This document shows, piece by piece, positions 7,323 through 11,751 of a DNA stretch of 11,751 nt. A model generated the notes under the pieces. The model was not told the origin of the DNA. It did not search any database and saw only the letters and a program-made list of their open reading frames with translations. The position numbers and the translations under genes were made by a program. How positions within the stretch are numbered: the first letter of the stretch is position 1; the number at the start of each line of letters is the position of its first letter. This DNA comes from a virus. Location of the stretch: UHGV virus genome UHGV-1581437; one strand, given 5' to 3'.

Positions 7323-7430
7323 GCCTTTTGCATTATCCGGGGTCTCAATCCCGGCACCCGTTTTACTGAGGTGCCTGATAAGCATAAACCGAAAATGCCT
7401 CAAGGCGCAAGAGGTCAGGTTCAATGTAAC
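7294..7430 (-). ncRNA. Candidate C4-like antisense regulatory RNA (about 120-135 nt) running from the operator-overlapped promoter to the terminator
   Basis: Promoter-like elements on the minus strand (TTGTGT, 17-bp spacer, TACATT) next to a C1-operator-like site. Hairpin CCGGG-AUUGAGAC-CCCGG (plus 7337-7354). Terminator at 7294-7322. The loop is complementary to a downstream leader site. No protein-coding potential. Confidence 0.35.
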
Positions 7431-7448
7431 ATCGGTAGTTAAAAAACA

Positions 7449-7465
7449 CAATTTATTAGAGCAAA
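7449..7465 (-). promoter_or_regulatory. C1-operator-like 17-mer at the head of the sRNA/icd-like/ant-like module
   Basis: Minus strand TTTGCTCTAATAAATTG (15/17 to consensus), starting 4 nt after the pacB stop and overlapping the candidate promoter. Confidence 0.55.
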
Positions 7466-7468
7466 TAT

Positions 7469-8953
7469 TCATTCATTAAGCCATGCCAGAGCTTCATCAA
7501 CCTGCGCTTCGTCTTCGACGCTAAGCACTTCGTCCTGGGGAACATAATCCGCCAGCATAGCGAAACAATATGTATCCCAATGGTCTGGTGAGTGCAGGTT
7601 GAGTTTTTTCTTCATATCCTCCTTACTCATCACCTTCCATTGACCTGCGGAGTTAATCCCTACAGGGATTTTCGACGCTTCCTCAATAGTTTCATTACCC
7701 TTATCCAGTCTCATACGACCAGATTTTACGGCCTCTGCGGCTTGAACGTTGGCATAAGCACGTTTATCAAAGTACAGGCTCTTATCTTCACGGCTATGCA
7801 TCTTTTTACCCCAGCGTATACGCTGTACGGTAATACCATAATACTCGTACATCAGATCCGCCGTTGCTTTACCCAGGCCATCGCCGTCTATCGCTATGGT
7901 GATATTTGGGAATCGCTCAGGATTACATTCTGCGAAAATTTTGGCGGCAAGCTGCGTTTCTGTAACGTCTGTGTATTCCAGCATTCGATAGTTGATTACA
8001 CGGCGTTTATTTCGCTGGCCGGACACCATCATGATATTGATAACGGACTTATCCCGTCCCGTACCACCAGCAACGTCCACACATGCAAGCCAGCCCCATC
8101 CTTTTGCAATCTTGACTTTCCGCCGCGTTGCACGTTCAACCTCATCACGTCCAAGAAGGAAGCCATCCTGTGATTTAGGGAATAGGCCGCGTACCTTAAT
8201 CATGTACATAGGGTTATCACGCCCGCCGTACTCCGCCAGCTTCATTTTGATAAATGCTGGCGTTACCAACGGTGATTCCTCACTGTTAAGCGTGATCGCC
8301 GTATAAACGCCATCAGGGTTACCAGGACGCTTGGCCAGTTTATGGTGTGTATCGTAGAAATAGCCGCTTGGGCGTGTAGGCTGTGACAGCAATAAGATGC
8401 GGTTATCCTGTCCGGTAAGAGCACCGGTGATGATACCGAAAGCTCTATCACTGACACCGGAGGCTTCATCGATAATATACAGAAGATGATCTGCGTGTTC
8501 ACCGGCGAGAGCTTCTTCACTTCCCAGACGAAAGCCCTTCGGTACTACAGTCCATACACCTTTACCAGTAATCTCATAGAAAGCGGTTTCTGTCAGAACA
8601 AAATAATCAGCAAGCCATGGGAAACGGCTGGTGGCAGTAGCCCAGTTTATCTTGATGTACTTGAATATACCGGTCATTACCTGCTGAATTTTGTTCGCAA
8701 CGATAATGGCACGGGCACCTGGATACATGATTATGAACAACATGATCATGATAGAAGTCATGTCTGATTTCCCGGTACCGTGACCAGACGAAACAGATGT
8801 CTTGCTACCCTGTTCCTGCACAGACTCAATAATCAGATCCTGCTGCCAGGTAGGTGTTTTGCCGAACAAAACATCAGCGGCCGCAATCCAGTCATAACGA
8901 TATAGCGCCACCAGCTCGCGCCAACGTGGATCCGTTACGCAACTTCTGGCCAT
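7469..8953 (-). CDS. pacB: Terminase large subunit PacB (494 aa)
   Basis: 494-aa ORF with a Walker A-like motif (SSGHGTGKS) and acidic nuclease-type motifs. Its ATG overlaps the pacA stop (TAATG). Size and order match P1 pacB. Confidence 0.92.
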   Translation of the reverse strand: MARSCVTDPRWRELVALYRYDWIAAADVLFGKTPTWQQDLIIESVQEQGSKTSVSSGHGTGKSDMTSIMIMLFIIMYPGARAIIVANKIQQVMTGIFKYIKINWATATSRFPWLADYFVLTETAFYEITGKGVWTVVPKGFRLGSEEALAGEHADHLLYIIDEASGVSDRAFGIITGALTGQDNRILLLSQPTRPSGYFYDTHHKLAKRPGNPDGVYTAITLNSEESPLVTPAFIKMKLAEYGGRDNPMYMIKVRGLFPKSQDGFLLGRDEVERATRRKVKIAKGWGWLACVDVAGGTGRDKSVINIMMVSGQRNKRRVINYRMLEYTDVTETQLAAKIFAECNPERFPNITIAIDGDGLGKATADLMYEYYGITVQRIRWGKKMHSREDKSLYFDKRAYANVQAAEAVKSGRMRLDKGNETIEEASKIPVGINSAGQWKVMSKEDMKKKLNLHSPDHWDTYCFAMLADYVPQDEVLSVEDEAQVDEALAWLNE

Positions 8954-10146
8954 TAATCATCATCCCCGTATAGCTTGCGGGTAACTTCTTCGTCTTCCTC
9001 CTCGTCTTCGTCCAGGTCTTGTTCCAGCCATGGGTCGTTTGATACACCTTCAGTATCAACATCTCCATAACCGCCTGTATCAACGATATCGGCGATTTCT
9101 TCCCTACGCTGCTCAATCCACAATGCGGCATCGGCGCGGCGGTTGGCGGCCCGTTCTCGCGCAACTTTGTCCAGATCTTCAAGAGAAGGGCCACCGACGG
9201 CTGTTTGCCTTTCCTCATCATCGGTATTGGTCTTAGGAGCACGCAGATCGGCTTTGATTTGCTCCAGCATCAGGGGCGGCACTTTCCCGCCATGCGCCTC
9301 GATGAATTCAGCTGCTTCCAGCACTGACCAGTTATTTTCACGCTTTCGTTCGTATGCCAGCTTAACAATGCCAGCTTGCCCCATAGACAAAGCGTGCTTT
9401 TCCGCCTCCCGGCTTTCTTTTCGATAGTTATTCCGGATGCTGTAAATGGTGTTGATCAGGCTGCTTATCTGCGCGGAACAGCTGTTTAGCATGCTCGCGA
9501 TACGGTATTCAGGCGGAGTACCTTCATCATCGTCTTTTTGCTGATCGCGCATTTCCTGCACCAGGCGAATACACGTATCCCTGGCGTTCTCCAGCATAAG
9601 GAGATGAGAAAGAGACTTTTCCAGAAGAGTGGTTTCCAGAACATCGGCCCCGGACCGACGCAACATAGCGCGCGCGGCCTTCCGCGCTTCAACGTTATCT
9701 ATCAGGTAATCGCCAGCTTCGAATTCAAAGCGTTCACCATCATCATCCAGGGTGTCGCGTTCCAGGCGATCACGTAAGGTCCGGTGGGCGCGGGTGATCA
9801 CGTCATGATCATCAGAACGATCATTTATGCGCTTATTCTGGCGCTTCGCGTTCTCGACTGCGGCACTGACAACAGCATTAACTCTTTGTTTTTCAGCCAT
9901 TTCAGCCACAATGTGATCACCTGCACGTTGATCATTAGCGTGATCAATGATCATGCTTTTTAGTGGTTTTCTGACAGGCTTATTTGGCTTACGGCTGTCC
10001 GCTGTTCCGGTGTCTTCTTTGAATGCACGGAGATAACGACGTGCGGTGTTTGGGTTGAGATTAAACTCGGCGGCATATTGTGCGATGGTGTAACCACCAT
10101 CTCGCGCCAGGCGAGCAAAATTCTTCTTGTGATCGTCCCAGGTCAC
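8953..10146 (-). CDS. pacA: Terminase small subunit / pac-recognition protein PacA (397 aa); the pac site is embedded in the coding sequence
   Basis: 397-aa ORF with an N-terminal HTH-like region and a highly acidic C-terminus (DEDEEEDEE). GTG start with AAGGAAG RBS. Contains the clustered TGATCA hexamers characteristic of P1 pac. Confidence 0.92.
   Translation of the reverse strand: MTWDDHKKNFARLARDGGYTIAQYAAEFNLNPNTARRYLRAFKEDTGTADSRKPNKPVRKPLKSMIIDHANDQRAGDHIVAEMAEKQRVNAVVSAAVENAKRQNKRINDRSDDHDVITRAHRTLRDRLERDTLDDDGERFEFEAGDYLIDNVEARKAARAMLRRSGADVLETTLLEKSLSHLLMLENARDTCIRLVQEMRDQQKDDDEGTPPEYRIASMLNSCSAQISSLINTIYSIRNNYRKESREAEKHALSMGQAGIVKLAYERKRENNWSVLEAAEFIEAHGGKVPPLMLEQIKADLRAPKTNTDDEERQTAVGGPSLEDLDKVARERAANRRADAALWIEQRREEIADIVDTGGYGDVDTEGVSNDPWLEQDLDEDEEEDEEVTRKLYGDDD
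9794..9953. other. pac packaging-initiation site: 3 + 4 GATC-containing hexamers flanking a ~100-bp core
   Basis: Left cluster TGATCA 9794-9799, TGATCA 9806-9811, GATCA 9819-9823. Right cluster TGATCA at 9913-9918, 9929-9934, 9941-9946, 9948-9953. Seven Dam-methylatable hexamers in a 4/3 split is the described architecture of P1 pac. Confidence 0.85.
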
Positions 10147-10232
10147 TTATGCTTCCTTTCGTATAAAACTCTTTTTGACGCGAGGGTAACGAAAGTCACA
10201 TGTCAAAAGGCCCGGAACGGGCAAGCAATCAA

Positions 10233-10685
10233 TCAGATACGTGCGGATGTGGCATTACCGTAATGACGGTGCTGACGGACCACCTTATTGAAAAGTTGAC
10301 GCGCCATCACCCAAGGCTGGTGCTCCCGGCGTTCCTTTTCGTCCTGCGTCATATAGAGTTCGTTCTGGAGTTTTTCATCAAACCGGCGCGGAGCGCGGCT
10401 GCGGCGAAAGAATTCAGGATTCAGAGAGTGGATCTGAAATCTACGTGGGCGTGTACTGTCATCAATCAAAACAGACGAATACTTAGACACAGCGATAGCC
10501 TTTAAGCGCAGATAAACATCGCGCTTATCGACATCCAGATGCGGGTATTCCTTTTCAAGAATTGCTGCGAGATCTTTCGCTGATAGAAGAGATTTAGTGC
10601 GGATCATGTAATCCGCAATCTCGTACGATGTTATTCGTGAGTGATTTATTTCCATGAAGTGGCGTCCCTGCCAGTTAAGTAACAT
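10233..10685 (-). CDS. lpa: Lpa-like late promoter activator (150 aa as drawn; alternative ATG at 10655 gives 140 aa)
   Basis: Small basic ORF directly upstream of pacA and preceded by a C1-operator-overlapped promoter, as for P1 gene 10 / lpa. Identity is by synteny and size, not sequence recall. Confidence 0.7.
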   Translation of the reverse strand: MLLNWQGRHFMEINHSRITSYEIADYMIRTKSLLSAKDLAAILEKEYPHLDVDKRDVYLRLKAIAVSKYSSVLIDDSTRPRRFQIHSLNPEFFRRSRAPRRFDEKLQNELYMTQDEKERREHQPWVMARQLFNKVVRQHRHYGNATSARI

Positions 10686-10755
10686 CCTGTCACCTACTGA
10701 TTAGCCCATGTCAACTAATCAACGTCGAATATAATACCCTCGATTAAAGAAATAG

Positions 10756-10772
10756 CAATACATTAGAGCAAT
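10756..10772 (-). promoter_or_regulatory. C1-operator-like 17-mer overlapping the lpa promoter
   Basis: Minus strand ATTGCTCTAATGTATTG (13/17 to consensus). TTGCTC inside the operator serves as -35, then a 17-bp spacer, then TTTAAT as -10, all upstream of lpa. Confidence 0.6.
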
Positions 10773-10773
10773 T

Positions 10774-11751
10774 TTATCTAACGCTCGACGAATGACTTGT
10801 GATAGCGCCGACTCCAAGCGCGTAATCAAAGAACAATCGTTGATGCATCGCCAGCCTACCGTGCGTCTTCTCCCAATTATCGCGGTCACGCTCAATATCA
10901 CGCTGGCATGACTGGCACAGAGGAACAGCATAAATGTCATGCGCGCATAATCGACTATGACGAACGATATAAGGCGTAATGTGAGCGCCAGCTCCCGCAG
11001 CTCCACAGCCACAGCATGGACGGGAAGCCACAAAATCCATGTACTCGGGCAATTTTAGCGATTGGAGTTTTGGTATTTTGAAATGCGCCATGCCAGGGTC
11101 GGCGTCAACATCCACAGGGCATACTTTTGCACGCATCGGCGCGGCGCGTTCTTCCATCATCTGAACATATGCTGTAGCGCGATCGTCATACGGGCGAATA
11201 TCCGCCTCTTTCAGAGGTCCGCTATCCTGCGGAGTAGCCTTCATCTTATTTATTGATATGCGGCAGACTTCTTCCGGCATCAGGTGCATCATGTTGCGCA
11301 TGAAAGCCCACCAGCACAGCTCCTGAATACTTAAATCATGGCTATTTGAAAGGCCCATTTCCTGACGGGCGACATCCAGTATCCAGTTAACGCGATTATT
11401 GTGCAGCGTTTCTTTCAGCTCATTAAAACCACGCATCCGGTAATGGTTATCGTGATGCCAGCACAACAACACCGCGCTATTGTCTCGTTCAGCGTGGACA
11501 ATATGGTTGTCACACCAACTACGATCTGCGGCCTGGCATTGACCCTCTTTCCTACGCAACCACGCCACCAGCGCGTCAATTCCACCAATACGGCGAAACA
11601 GTTCATCGCTGTTAAAAAACGGCTGCAACGCCTCATTTGTTGCCATGGTTTGCTCGGTAACAACGAGGCCGTCTTCCATGTGCTCGATTAACTCACGCGG
11701 CACCGGCTCCATAATAAATTTACGGCCAGCCTCCACCAGCTTTCTGACTTC
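10774..11751 (-). CDS. Cys/His-rich protein with a Ref-like (DUF968/HNH-type) C-terminal motif; possibly the P1 pdcB-position gene; 5' end may lie beyond the window
   Basis: ORF of at least 320 aa, open to the window edge on the minus strand. C-terminus has [38 protein letters not shown] and an earlier [25 protein letters not shown] motif. Position upstream of lpa matches pdcB in the P1 gene order I recall. Confidence 0.65.
   Translation of the reverse strand, partial: EVRKLVEAGRKFIMEPVPRELIEHMEDGLVVTEQTMATNEALQPFFNSDELFRRIGGIDALVAWLRRKEGQCQAADRSWCDNHIVHAERDNSAVLLCWHHDNHYRMRGFNELKETLHNNRVNWILDVARQEMGLSNSHDLSIQELCWWAFMRNMMHLMPEEVCRISINKMKATPQDSGPLKEADIRPYDDRATAYVQMMEERAAPMRAKVCPVDVDADPGMAHFKIPKLQSLKLPEYMDFVASRPCCGCGAAGAGAHITPYIVRHSRLCAHDIYAVPLCQSCQRDIERDRDNWEKTHGRLAMHQRLFFDYALGVGAITSHSSSVR

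Noticed and set aside
7592-8173. 193-aa plus-strand ORF (also 7992..8306 and 8486..8767)
   Set aside because: Lies entirely antisense within pacB, has low-complexity Cys/His/Phe-rich composition and no RBS; an antisense artefact of a long coding region.
9030-9427. Plus-strand ORFs of 68 and 94 aa
   Set aside because: Antisense within pacA; Arg/Ser-rich composition typical of reverse-frame translation.
10200-10505. 101-aa plus-strand ORF (and 10078..10263)
   Set aside because: Antisense to lpa and to the pacA 5' end; no RBS.
1-11751. CRISPR arrays, rRNA or canonical tRNA genes
   Set aside because: No spaced direct-repeat arrays and no rRNA- or tRNA-like cloverleaf sequences were seen on either strand.

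Overview
This window is the immC / loxP-cre / packaging end of a P1-family phage-plasmid, in reverse orientation to the usual P1 map, with two departures from the canonical P1 layout as I recall it. Left to right: (1) the right end of a Tn3-family transposon (partial tnpA plus a 38-bp terminal inverted repeat) inserted into ref, leaving only about the first 100 codons of ref; (2) a small gene downstream of cre, cre itself (343 aa) and a small upstream ORF; (3) a perfect 34-bp loxP site; (4) a cluster of C1-operator-like 17-mers, then coi and c1 on the + strand; (5) convergent to c1, a module that resembles P1 immunity-I but sits beside immC: an operator-overlapped promoter, a short structured RNA ending in a strong terminator, a 73-aa Icd-like ORF overlapping (ATGA) an Ant-like antirepressor gene with an in-frame internal start; (6) pacB and pacA (terminase) with the pac site inside pacA; (7) lpa with its operator-overlapped promoter and a partial Cys-rich gene at the window edge. 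The immI-like antisense-RNA/antirepressor module is the most interesting candidate. All identifications rest on reading the sequence and the ORF track against remembered P1 biology; no database search was run.
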